From the NCBI GenBank assembly GCA_017513325.1, contig JAFXGC010000096.1:1-36333 (forward strand): a stretch of 36,333 bases of DNA. The letters run 5' to 3'. This stretch comes from Clostridia bacterium. Its GTDB lineage: Bacteria; Bacillota; Clostridia; Oscillospirales; CAG-272. Below, piece after piece: positions 26,674 through 34,832 of this stretch (its first letter is position 1; every line of letters begins with the position of its first letter). Made by a program: the position numbers and the translations under genes. The notes beneath the pieces are model-generated. The model saw only the letters and a list, made by a program, of their open reading frames with translations. It did not search any database and had not been told where the DNA came from.

Positions 26674-28020
26674 ATGTCTCTTAAACTTAATAATGAATTT
26701 GTGCGTGGATTTGTAGCCGATACTGATGTTGAGGCTATTCGTCCTGAAATTGAAAATGCTCTTGAAACAGTAAAAAACAAGGATGGAGCCGGCAATGATT
26801 TTCTTGGCTGGTATGATCTTCCCGTTAATTACGATCGCGAAGAATATGATAGAATCAAAGCTGCTGCACAGAGAATAAAGAATATGTGCGATGTTCTTAT
26901 CGTTATCGGTATCGGTGGCTCTTATCTTGGCGCTCGCGCAGCAATCGAATATATTCAGGGAAATCTTTATAATAATGTTGCAAAAGATACACCTGATATC
27001 TATTTTGCAGGTAACAGCATTTCCACATCTGCACTCAACGATCTTCTTAAGATCTGTGAGGGCAAGGATGTTTGTGTAAACGTAATTTCTAAGTCCGGCA
27101 CAACAACAGAGCCTGCTGTTGTGTTCAGAGTTTTCCGTGAGCTTCTTGTTAAGAAGTATGGTGAAGAAGAAGCTAAGAAGAGAATTTTTGCAACAACTGA
27201 CAAGGCCAGAGGTAAGCTCAAGGAGCTTTCCGATAAGATCGGTTATGAAACATTTGTTGTTCCTGATGATGTAGGCGGCAGATTCTCTGTTCTCACAGCT
27301 GTTGGTCTTCTTCCTATAGCTGTTGCAGGCGTTGATCTTGACCAGCTTATGAAGGGTGCGCAGGATGCAAGAGCAGAGTATACAACAAAAGCATTTGAAG
27401 ATAACGAGTGCCTCAAGTATGCTGCTTATAGAAACGTTCTTGAAAGAAGCGGTAAAACAACAGAGATCCTCGTTGCATATGAGCCTTCCGCACAGATGCT
27501 TTGCGAATGGTGGAAGCAGCTTTACGGCGAAAGCGAAGGTAAGGATAATAAGGGCCTTTTCCCTGCATCTGTAATCTTCTCAACAGATCTTCACTCTCTC
27601 GGTCAGTATATTCAGGATGGTCAGAGAAATATCTTTGAAACAGTTCTTGATATTCAGGGCTCCAACGACACAATTTGTGTTCCTTTTGACGAAGCTAACT
27701 CTGACGGACTTAACTTCCTGGCAGGTAAGGAGATCCACGAGATCAACCGTACAGCAATGAAGGCAACACTTTACGCTCATATGGACGGCGGTGTTCCCAA
27801 TATCGTTGTTGAAGTACCCGACAGAAGCGCGTATTCATTCGGTTATATGGTATATTTCTTTGAACTTGCATGCGCAGTTTCCGGCTACACTCTCGGTGTA
27901 AATCCCTTTAACCAGCCCGGTGTTGAAGAGTATAAGAAGAATATGTTTGCTCTTCTTGATAAACCCGATCCTTCTCTTGATGCTCTTAAAGCTGAATTGA
28001 AGGCAAGAATGGCTAAATAA
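26674..28020 (+). CDS. pgi: Glucose-6-phosphate isomerase
   Basis: [42 protein letters not shown]; promoter TTGAAA-N17-TAGAAT at 26603-26631. Confidence 0.98.
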   Translation: MSLKLNNEFVRGFVADTDVEAIRPEIENALETVKNKDGAGNDFLGWYDLPVNYDREEYDRIKAAAQRIKNMCDVLIVIGIGGSYLGARAAIEYIQGNLYNNVAKDTPDIYFAGNSISTSALNDLLKICEGKDVCVNVISKSGTTTEPAVVFRVFRELLVKKYGEEEAKKRIFATTDKARGKLKELSDKIGYETFVVPDDVGGRFSVLTAVGLLPIAVAGVDLDQLMKGAQDARAEYTTKAFEDNECLKYAAYRNVLERSGKTTEILVAYEPSAQMLCEWWKQLYGESEGKDNKGLFPASVIFSTDLHSLGQYIQDGQRNIFETVLDIQGSNDTICVPFDEANSDGLNFLAGKEIHEINRTAMKATLYAHMDGGVPNIVVEVPDRSAYSFGYMVYFFELACAVSGYTLGVNPFNQPGVEEYKKNMFALLDKPDPSLDALKAELKARMAK

Positions 28021-28030
28021 CAATGATTAT

Positions 28031-28067
28031 AAAAAGAAGCAAGTTGAAAATAACTTGCTTCTTTTTT
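28031..28067 (+). terminator. Intrinsic terminator
   Basis: AAAAAGAAGCAAGTT-GAAAAT-AACTTGCTTCTTTTT. Confidence 0.85.
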
Positions 28068-28238
28068 ATAAAGATACCAAATTACTATTGTTGATTTTTT
28101 ATTACGAAGTATACATAAAAGATTATCTTTTTTATAAATATTCTATAAAAACTATTGCAATTATTGTTTGAATAATGTATAATAATCACATCAGTATAAA
28201 TGCCGCAAGGCAATAATAGATAAACGGAGGACTTACCC

Positions 28239-28640
28239 ATGCTGAAAGTAATAATCGGCGTAAAAGGCACAGGCAAAACAAAACAGCTTATCGAGATGGT
28301 TAATCAGTCACTTGACACAACAAAGGGTGACGTGGTTTGTATAGAAAAAGGCGATAAACTCCGATTTGAGGTTAAGCCCCAGTGCAGACTTATCGATACA
28401 AAAGAATATGCGATCGACGATGCTGAAGATCTTTACGGATTCGTTGCAGGTATTCTTGCAAGCAACAACGACGTAACCGATCTCTATATAGATTCCGCTC
28501 TTAAGATCTGCCGCGATGATGTGGCTGCATTTGACATATTCCTTGATAAAGTTGCAGCGCTTGTAAAGGAAGTAAATTGTGTAATGACAATTTCTCTCCC
28601 TGCAGAAAACGCAACAGATACAATTAAGAAGTATCTCTAA
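28239..28640 (+). CDS. Small P-loop NTPase-like protein of unknown function
   Basis: GVKGTGKT Walker A, LYIDS Walker-B-like; own promoter TTGCAA-N17-TATAAT (28155-28183); GGAGG RBS. Confidence 0.8.
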   Translation: MLKVIIGVKGTGKTKQLIEMVNQSLDTTKGDVVCIEKGDKLRFEVKPQCRLIDTKEYAIDDAEDLYGFVAGILASNNDVTDLYIDSALKICRDDVAAFDIFLDKVAALVKEVNCVMTISLPAENATDTIKKYL

Positions 28641-28653
28641 TACTTAATAAATG

Positions 28654-28682
28654 AAAAGCACTCCTTTCGGAGTGCTTTTTTT
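28654..28682. terminator. Bidirectional terminator
   Basis: AAAAGCACTCC-TTTC-GGAGTGCTTTT. Confidence 0.85.
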
Positions 28683-28720
28683 ATCTATCCGTTTGGTGAT
28701 AATGCAATTTGTTCATTCAT

Positions 28721-29050
28721 TTAAGCATCATATTTACACCCATTCATATCCCACAAAAACTTATCTAAATCAACTATCCCGTCATCGGAAACCTCAACCC
28801 CTTCGTTGCGAAGAAGCTGAATTTGCATATTTTCGCCGCCGAAAGCAAAAGCAGGAGAAACTTTGCCCAACTTGTTTACAACTCTGTGGCAGGGAATAAC
28901 GTAGGGTTCTGGATTAACGTGGAGAGCATAACCTACCACTCTTGAAAGTCTTTTGTTTCCACAGAGAAAGGCTATCTGTCCGTATGTAGCAACTTTGCCT
29001 TTGGGAATTTGTTTGACATATTTGTAAATAAGCTCATATGTGTTCATCAT
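28721..29050 (-). CDS. MGMT-family methylated-DNA--protein-cysteine methyltransferase (single domain)
   Basis: IPKGKVATYGQIA, RVVGYAL, IPCHRVV active-site motif. Confidence 0.9.
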   Translation of the reverse strand: MMNTYELIYKYVKQIPKGKVATYGQIAFLCGNKRLSRVVGYALHVNPEPYVIPCHRVVNKLGKVSPAFAFGGENMQIQLLRNEGVEVSDDGIVDLDKFLWDMNGCKYDA

Positions 29051-30171
29051 TCACTTATATTAATGCTGACCCCGTTGACAGTAACTTCGTCTTCTGCTCT
29101 GATCATTATGTACTTTGTTCCGTCAATGACCTCTGTTTTGATAAGGTCAGGTCTTTCGGGGTTAACCTTAATAACAACATCGGGAGTTTTAACTTCAAAC
29201 TGCTTTGTGTTAATAATGTTTTTTGGAGGAACTTCAGCGCCCTGTCCGAAACTTTTGTCAAACTGCTCGTCAAATGCCGAAATCTTTTCTTCAGCTATAC
29301 CGCAGTCAGTAAGAACATTTTTTACAGTCGCCTTGGAAATAAGAAGAGGTTCGCGCACCTTTGCCGCCTTGTGTTCGTCTACCATAGTGCAGATCTTTTC
29401 GTGAACAGCCTGAACAACCTCCATGTTGCATTCATTTGCAACGGAGTCGCTGAGAACAGTTTCAAATGTTTCCTTTTGAACTGATGCAGGCATAGGCGGC
29501 TCGCTTTTAAAAATCTTTTCTACGAATGCGTCCTGGCTGTCGGAAGTGTTCTTTGTATAGAGAAGGGCGCCGTATATATTAGCAGCTCTGTCATCAAAAG
29601 CAGGGAACATAAATCCCAGCTCAGGGTTTGAAATAACTGAATTAGCAGCAACGGAATGGAATTGATCTCCATAGTAACTGAGTGCCGGCTTTGTCAGTTT
29701 TATGGGGCATATGGAGCAAAGAAAATATGAGAACACTGTCGTTGAGTCTTCATCCTTTGAGCCATCACCACTGTAGCTGAAAACATCGTATTTATCGCTT
29801 GCAAGAAGAATAAGATAACTGCCTTCGATCTGAACCGTTTCTATAATATTTTTATAAAGAGTATCAACCGCCTCATCGTTTTCAAGTGAACTGGAACGAA
29901 GCTCTGAGAGGAGTTTGTGTTCATCTCCGGAAACTACCTGATGTGTTGAAAACTCAATATCTATAAGATTCTTTCCGTGGGTTCCGGAAAGGGTCTTTTT
30001 TATTATTGGAAGAAGTTCTTCAGTTTCTATCTCATTGAGCATAGCCAGAGAAGAATTGAAGGTTGAAAGAATCTCTCTCTGTTCTGTGACATAACAGCCG
30101 CGTATTCTTTGGATACTGGTTTTGTCAGGTGTTATTCTGCGGCGAATTTCGCCTATTTCTTTTTCATTCAT
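29047..30171 (-). CDS. DUF4317-family protein
   Basis: Recognised pattern KKTLSG...NL.D.EF, YLILL...D.YDV, CSICP, GFMFPAFDDR, C-terminal VTVNGV; minus-strand promoter-like TTGTAA...TGATAAAAT upstream. Confidence 0.8.
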   Translation of the reverse strand: MNEKEIGEIRRRITPDKTSIQRIRGCYVTEQREILSTFNSSLAMLNEIETEELLPIIKKTLSGTHGKNLIDIEFSTHQVVSGDEHKLLSELRSSSLENDEAVDTLYKNIIETVQIEGSYLILLASDKYDVFSYSGDGSKDEDSTTVFSYFLCSICPIKLTKPALSYYGDQFHSVAANSVISNPELGFMFPAFDDRAANIYGALLYTKNTSDSQDAFVEKIFKSEPPMPASVQKETFETVLSDSVANECNMEVVQAVHEKICTMVDEHKAAKVREPLLISKATVKNVLTDCGIAEEKISAFDEQFDKSFGQGAEVPPKNIINTKQFEVKTPDVVIKVNPERPDLIKTEVIDGTKYIMIRAEDEVTVNGVSINISE

Positions 30172-30356
30172 AAGTGTGCCTCCGGGTATTTTTGGACCTA
30201 TATTTTATCATTTTTTTATCATATTTACAAGTGATTTTTAAAGAATGGTGCAGATTTGCACCACTGAACTTAATTGGGGAGAAACAGTTTGGACCGGCGG
30301 CTATAATTAGCACAGACTTTGCAAAGTTTAAAAAATAAAGCAGAAAGGCACGGTTT

Positions 30357-30905
30357 ATGAAAGAAAACGAAACATTTGCAAAAGAAACGGTAAATGATGA
30401 AACTCCCATTGAAAATCTTTTGCATGAGCTTTCCGAGGAACTTGACTGTAAGAGCAGTACTCCCGAGGAACTCAGTCGTGCGATGAAGAAAAGAAAGTTA
30501 AAAACAGTTCTGAAAAAGAGAGCGGAAGAAAATTTAATACAGAAAAGATACAGGTCATATCTTTCAGAGATAGATGCTCTCAGAAGTAAGTATTCAGATT
30601 TCGAGATTGAGAATGAACTTGAAAATCCTGTTTTTGCAAAACTTATCAGATGTGGATTCGGAATGGAAGCTGCATATAACTTTGTTCATCACGACGAAAT
30701 CATTGAAAAAGTTAAGCTGGAGGCTGAACAGACAGGTTATGAAAACGCTGTTGCGCTTCTGCGCTCCGGCAATCTCCGTCCCGAAGAAAACGGAACGAGA
30801 GACCAAAGCGGAATATCAGAAAAGAAAAATGTTGCTTCTCTTACGGGAGGCGGCATAAGAGATATTCTTCGCAAAGTTGAAAAAGGAGCAAAAGTAAAAT
30901 TCTGA
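30357..30905 (+). CDS. Putative phage capsid scaffolding protein
   Basis: Charged helical protein directly upstream of the major capsid gene; C-terminal RPEENG...LT...I.R.V.KG.KV.F resembles scaffold tails seen before N4-gp56-type capsids. Confidence 0.65.
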   Translation: MKENETFAKETVNDETPIENLLHELSEELDCKSSTPEELSRAMKKRKLKTVLKKRAEENLIQKRYRSYLSEIDALRSKYSDFEIENELENPVFAKLIRCGFGMEAAYNFVHHDEIIEKVKLEAEQTGYENAVALLRSGNLRPEENGTRDQSGISEKKNVASLTGGGIRDILRKVEKGAKVKF

Positions 30906-30922
30906 AAAGGAAAGGAAAAATT

Positions 30923-32269
30923 ATGGAAAGAAATATTGTAACTGATCTTCAGATCTTTGCAGCAGGAGATGTTGTAAACGGCACAGAGGCATATGTTAAT
31001 GCCAACGAAGCAAACGCTGATGCGTATGCAGAGGGTAACGCAGGTCTCTCTGCTGAGATGAAAACATTCTATGATAAAACACTTATTGAACTGGCAAGCC
31101 CCAATCTTGTTTTTGATCAGTTTGCTCAGAAGCGTCCTATTCCCAGAAACGGCGGCAAGTCTATTGAATTCCGTCGTTTCAACAGCCTTCCTAAGGCGCT
31201 GAAGCCTATCACAGAAGGCGTAACCCCTACCGGAAGCAAGCTTACAGTAACACCTGTAAATGCTACAGTAGACCAGTATGGTGACTATGTTGAGCTTACA
31301 GATATGCTTGAGCTTACAAGCGTAGATCCTGTAGTGGTTGAAGCAACTAGACAGCTTGCTGATCAGGCAGGAAGAACAATTGATACAGTTGTCCGTAATC
31401 AGATCATGGGTGGTACAAACGTAAACTATTGTCCCGCAGTTGATGAAAACGGAAATGAAACTGAGATTACCAGCAGATCGCAGATCAACGGTAATTGTAA
31501 GCTTCGCGTTCGTGACGTATTCAAGGCGGCTGCACAGCTCAGAGCAATGAATGCACCTACAATTGACGGTTCTTACGTTGCTGTAATTCATCCCTACGTG
31601 GCATTTGATCTTATGCAGGATGCAGAAGGTCAGTGGGTTGATATCCAGAAGTATGCAAAGCCTGAAAACGTTCTTAACGGTGAGATAGGAACACTTGGAG
31701 GTGTTCGCTTCGTTCAGTCTTCCGAAGCTAAAATCTTTTATGGCGCGGATCTTTGCGCTGATGCAAGAAATCTCACAGTTTCTGCATACACAGCTGAAGC
31801 GACAGACTCAAATGTCAGCGCAGGCGAAACAACTGCGTACAGAGTAACTGTAAACGAAAATGTAACTATTGATATTCTTGGCAGAAAGGTTTTCTATAAG
31901 GGTAAGAACGGCGACGTAACAGCCACAGTTGCAGGTGTGAACACAGGCTCTAAGTATATCTATCTTGATCATGGTGAAGATATCACATATGCTTCAGGTG
32001 ATACACTTTGTCCCGGAGAAGGCGCGGGAGATGGCAGTGCTGTTTTTGCAACACTTTTCATTGGTGCAAATGCTTACGGAACAACTGATATTGCAGGCGG
32101 TGGTATTGAGCATATTGTTAAGCAGAAGGGTTATGGTAACGATCCCCTTAACCAGCGTTCTTCTGTAGGCTGGAAGGCTGCAAATGTTGCCTGCCGTCTT
32201 GTTGAAGAGTATATGCTGAGAGTGGAAAGCTCTTCTTCTTTTGCTGCTTCTGTTATGGAGGCAAACTGA
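30923..32269 (+). CDS. N4-gp56-family phage major capsid protein
   Basis: LSAEMKTFYDKTLI, FDQFAQKRPIP, GKSIEFRRF, EGVTP, QYGDY, HPYVAFDL, GEIG..GGVRFV, DPLNQRSSVGWK; strong AAAGGAAAGGA RBS. Confidence 0.92.
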   Translation: MERNIVTDLQIFAAGDVVNGTEAYVNANEANADAYAEGNAGLSAEMKTFYDKTLIELASPNLVFDQFAQKRPIPRNGGKSIEFRRFNSLPKALKPITEGVTPTGSKLTVTPVNATVDQYGDYVELTDMLELTSVDPVVVEATRQLADQAGRTIDTVVRNQIMGGTNVNYCPAVDENGNETEITSRSQINGNCKLRVRDVFKAAAQLRAMNAPTIDGSYVAVIHPYVAFDLMQDAEGQWVDIQKYAKPENVLNGEIGTLGGVRFVQSSEAKIFYGADLCADARNLTVSAYTAEATDSNVSAGETTAYRVTVNENVTIDILGRKVFYKGKNGDVTATVAGVNTGSKYIYLDHGEDITYASGDTLCPGEGAGDGSAVFATLFIGANAYGTTDIAGGGIEHIVKQKGYGNDPLNQRSSVGWKAANVACRLVEEYMLRVESSSSFAASVMEAN

Positions 32270-32270
32270 T

Positions 32271-32468
32271 ATGGGGAAGATGAGAGATGTCTTTATTCCC
32301 AGAAAGAATAAGGCGGACACAGAACGCTATGTAGCTGTCAATGGCGAAAATATGCTTGTTCATACCGGAAAAATGATCTCTGTACCCGTAAGATTTGCAG
32401 AGGTAATTGAGGAAAGCCAGCGTTGCGATACTTTGGCTGAAAAGTTTATTGAGGCAAATTCAAACTAA
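32271..32468 (+). CDS. Small phage virion-associated hypothetical protein
   Basis: 65 aa, GGAGG RBS inside the capsid gene end; YVAVNG....I/V..G..V.VP...AEVI pattern typical of the gene following this capsid family. Confidence 0.7.
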   Translation: MGKMRDVFIPRKNKADTERYVAVNGENMLVHTGKMISVPVRFAEVIEESQRCDTLAEKFIEANSN

Positions 32469-32479
32469 AAAGAGGGAAA

Positions 32480-32503
32480 TGCCTGCGGCAAAAGCCGCAG
32501 GCA
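32480..32503 (+). other. Strong GC stem-loop between the head genes and the neck/tail genes
   Basis: TGCCTGCGGC-AAAA-GCCGCAGGCA, no U-tract, immediately before an AAGGAGG RBS. Confidence 0.75.
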
Positions 32504-32524
32504 GAATCCTCAGAAGGAGGAATT

Positions 32525-32887
32525 ATGAAAGTCAGTGAAGCAATCACTCTTGCTGATAAGTATACAGGTTCTACTGTTGAAAGCGAGCTAAAATACAGAT
32601 GGCTTCAGCAGATTGAGGATATTATTTACAATGAGGTCATATTGACACATAAAGAACCATTTTCCAAACCTGATCCAGTGCTTCAAAGAGACAGAGAATT
32701 GATATGTCCTGAACCATACAGTGAACTATATATCCATTACATCAATGCTCAGAATGATCTTTTGCACAGAGACACCCGTAGTTTTGAAAACAGTGCTTCA
32801 GCTTTTGCTAGTGCCTTCGCATCATATACGGATTGGTATAACAGAACTCATATGCCTGATTCTAAGATTGAAAGGATAATTATATGA
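32525..32887 (+). CDS. Putative head-tail adaptor / head-completion protein
   Basis: 120-aa helical protein (K.RWL..IE, L..PEPY.ELY..Y, WYNRTHMP); position after the capsid genes. Function is inferred. Confidence 0.55.
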   Translation: MKVSEAITLADKYTGSTVESELKYRWLQQIEDIIYNEVILTHKEPFSKPDPVLQRDRELICPEPYSELYIHYINAQNDLLHRDTRSFENSASAFASAFASYTDWYNRTHMPDSKIERIII

Positions 32888-34641
32888 GAATACCATATCA
32901 GAAGAGAATTCTACAGAATAAGAAGAGCATCGCCGGTTTCAGAGGCCTTGACAGAAGAGTAGGAATGGGAGCAAACTCTTTTTATAATATGACTAATATG
33001 AGTGGCAAAGAGCCGAACTGTATTTCAACCAGGAATAAAAGAGGAAAACTGGATCTTAATGCTACAAAAATAAATTCCTTTATTTCTACAGACGTTAAAA
33101 TTGACGGTGTTATCAGAGAAAACGTTTTTATCACATTGGGTGGCGACAGACTCAAAGCTTACTATTATGAAAATAATATTCTTAAAACAAAAATTCTTAT
33201 GAGCACGGCGGATTTTACAAGTAATGAAAACTGTATGATAGCTTCCGGTGGTTATTTGTATTTCTTTCCTGATAACAAGTATGTAAACCTTATGAATCTT
33301 GGAGATAAAGGTAATTTGGGAGCAAAAGTTGATCTGCCTTATGGTGCAAACGATGAGTTTTTCTTTGAAACTGAGTTTATTTCTACTGATGAAAAGGGTA
33401 TTGACCAAGTGAATGATTCAGGATATGTAAAGATTGTGTGTAAGAAATATAAAAACGATACCTCACAGAAAGGTGAGTATGTTTCAAATTTCAACTACAC
33501 ATATGAGTTCAATGAAGACGATTTCATAGAGATACATGGAACTGTTTTTGACGGGCTTTATAAAATAGCATATATACCGGAAACGGATGATTATCTGGTG
33601 GTGAAAGGTTATCTCGACTCGGATTTTTCACAAAACGATAGTTTGGTCACAATTTCACGAAACATACCTGAAATGGACTATGTTACGGCAGCAGGAAACC
33701 GTTTGTGGGGATGCAGATATGGAATCAATGAAAAAGGGCAGCCTGTAAATGAAATTTATGCTTGCAGATTGGGCGATGCGAAAAACTGGTATAGCTTTGA
33801 GGGCATCTCAACTGATTCATATTCGGTTTCGGTTGGTGTTGATGGAGTTTTTACAGGAGCAATAACCTATGAAGGAGATCCTTTCTTCTTCAAGGAAGAT
33901 TCAGTGCTGCGGATATATGGTTCTCGCCCATCGGACTTTAAAGTTATCACAAACAACATAAGAGGTATAGAAAACGGAAGCAGCAAAAGTTTGGTGATCG
34001 TTGATGATACTCTTTATTATAAAACCTATAACGGAATCGTTGCATATAATGGCGGAATGCCCTATAACATTGATGAAGCTCTTGGAAGTGAGATATATCG
34101 AAATGCCGCGGCAGGGTGCCGCTGCGGAAACTATTATGTTTCAATGGAGAATGAGTGTGGAGAATACGAGCTTTTTGTATACGATACTTCGGAAAAAGAG
34201 TGGTATCGCGAAGATAATATGAAGGTCACTGAGTTTTGTCGAAGTGGTAATGAACTGTATATGCTTGTAGACAGCGATGATGGTTCAAAGATATATTCAG
34301 TGGGTGGTGAAGGTGAAGTTGATAATGAAAAAACAATATTCTGGAGTCTTGAGAGCCCTGATATTGATTATTACCTTGCCGGTAAAAAAGCAACCACCAA
34401 ACTTGAAATCAAGCTGAAGTTATCTGAAGGTTCATATTTTAATGCGGAAATAAGCTATGACGGTGATAGAAATTGGCATAAGATAGCTGCTGAAAACGGA
34501 CCGCTCAGATGTATTTCGGTTGTGCTAAGGCCACGGCGTTGCGATAGTTTTCGTCTCAGATTCAGCGGTCACGGAGAGGTAAGCTTTGTTTCTATGACAA
34601 GATACACAACTGAAAGCGGCGATAAACCGGGAGGAAGATGA
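32884..34641 (+). CDS. Putative podovirus-type tail nozzle / DNA-stabilisation protein (P22 gp10 / T7 gp12-like)
   Basis: 585 aa, beta-rich; FRGLD, NMTNM, NRLWGC, EIYACRLGD..NW, FFKED, LFVYD....W..ED, PRRCD.FRLR.SG; ATGA-coupled to the adaptor. Confidence 0.65.
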   Translation: MRIPYQKRILQNKKSIAGFRGLDRRVGMGANSFYNMTNMSGKEPNCISTRNKRGKLDLNATKINSFISTDVKIDGVIRENVFITLGGDRLKAYYYENNILKTKILMSTADFTSNENCMIASGGYLYFFPDNKYVNLMNLGDKGNLGAKVDLPYGANDEFFFETEFISTDEKGIDQVNDSGYVKIVCKKYKNDTSQKGEYVSNFNYTYEFNEDDFIEIHGTVFDGLYKIAYIPETDDYLVVKGYLDSDFSQNDSLVTISRNIPEMDYVTAAGNRLWGCRYGINEKGQPVNEIYACRLGDAKNWYSFEGISTDSYSVSVGVDGVFTGAITYEGDPFFFKEDSVLRIYGSRPSDFKVITNNIRGIENGSSKSLVIVDDTLYYKTYNGIVAYNGGMPYNIDEALGSEIYRNAAAGCRCGNYYVSMENECGEYELFVYDTSEKEWYREDNMKVTEFCRSGNELYMLVDSDDGSKIYSVGGEGEVDNEKTIFWSLESPDIDYYLAGKKATTKLEIKLKLSEGSYFNAEISYDGDRNWHKIAAENGPLRCISVVLRPRRCDSFRLRFSGHGEVSFVSMTRYTTESGDKPGGR

Positions 34642-34832
34642 TGAAAATAAAAATAAGCAATCCTCCCGTGCAGAGTGGCGATAAATATGATATGGAAAAG
34701 CTTATGGCGTGGTTATATCAGTTGACTTTGGCTGTGAATATGGGTTTTTCCAATATCAGTTACGACAATCTTAGTGATGATCTTGTGAGGGATCTGGAAA
34801 GGATGATGGAAAATGGCAAAGAAAACGAATAA
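34638..34832 (+). CDS. Small phage-related hypothetical protein
   Basis: GGAGG RBS, ATGA overlap; L.AWLYQL...VN....NI...NL pattern. Confidence 0.6.
   Translation: MMKIKISNPPVQSGDKYDMEKLMAWLYQLTLAVNMGFSNISYDNLSDDLVRDLERMMENGKENE

Noticed and set aside
28721-29050. Catalytically dead alkyltransferase-like (ATL) protein
   Set aside because: It keeps the PCHR cysteine, whereas ATLs typically have PWHR or another substitution.
30737-31591. 284-aa minus-strand ORF overlapping the scaffold and capsid genes
   Set aside because: Antisense shadow with no recognisable motifs; the same applies to other long overlapping ORFs such as 317-967, 1760-2290 and 2687-3382.
30923-32269. Encapsulin nanocompartment interpretation of the lone capsid gene
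   Set aside because: The motifs are those of N4-gp56-type phage capsids, and the neighbours are scaffold-, adaptor- and nozzle-like genes, not cargo enzymes.
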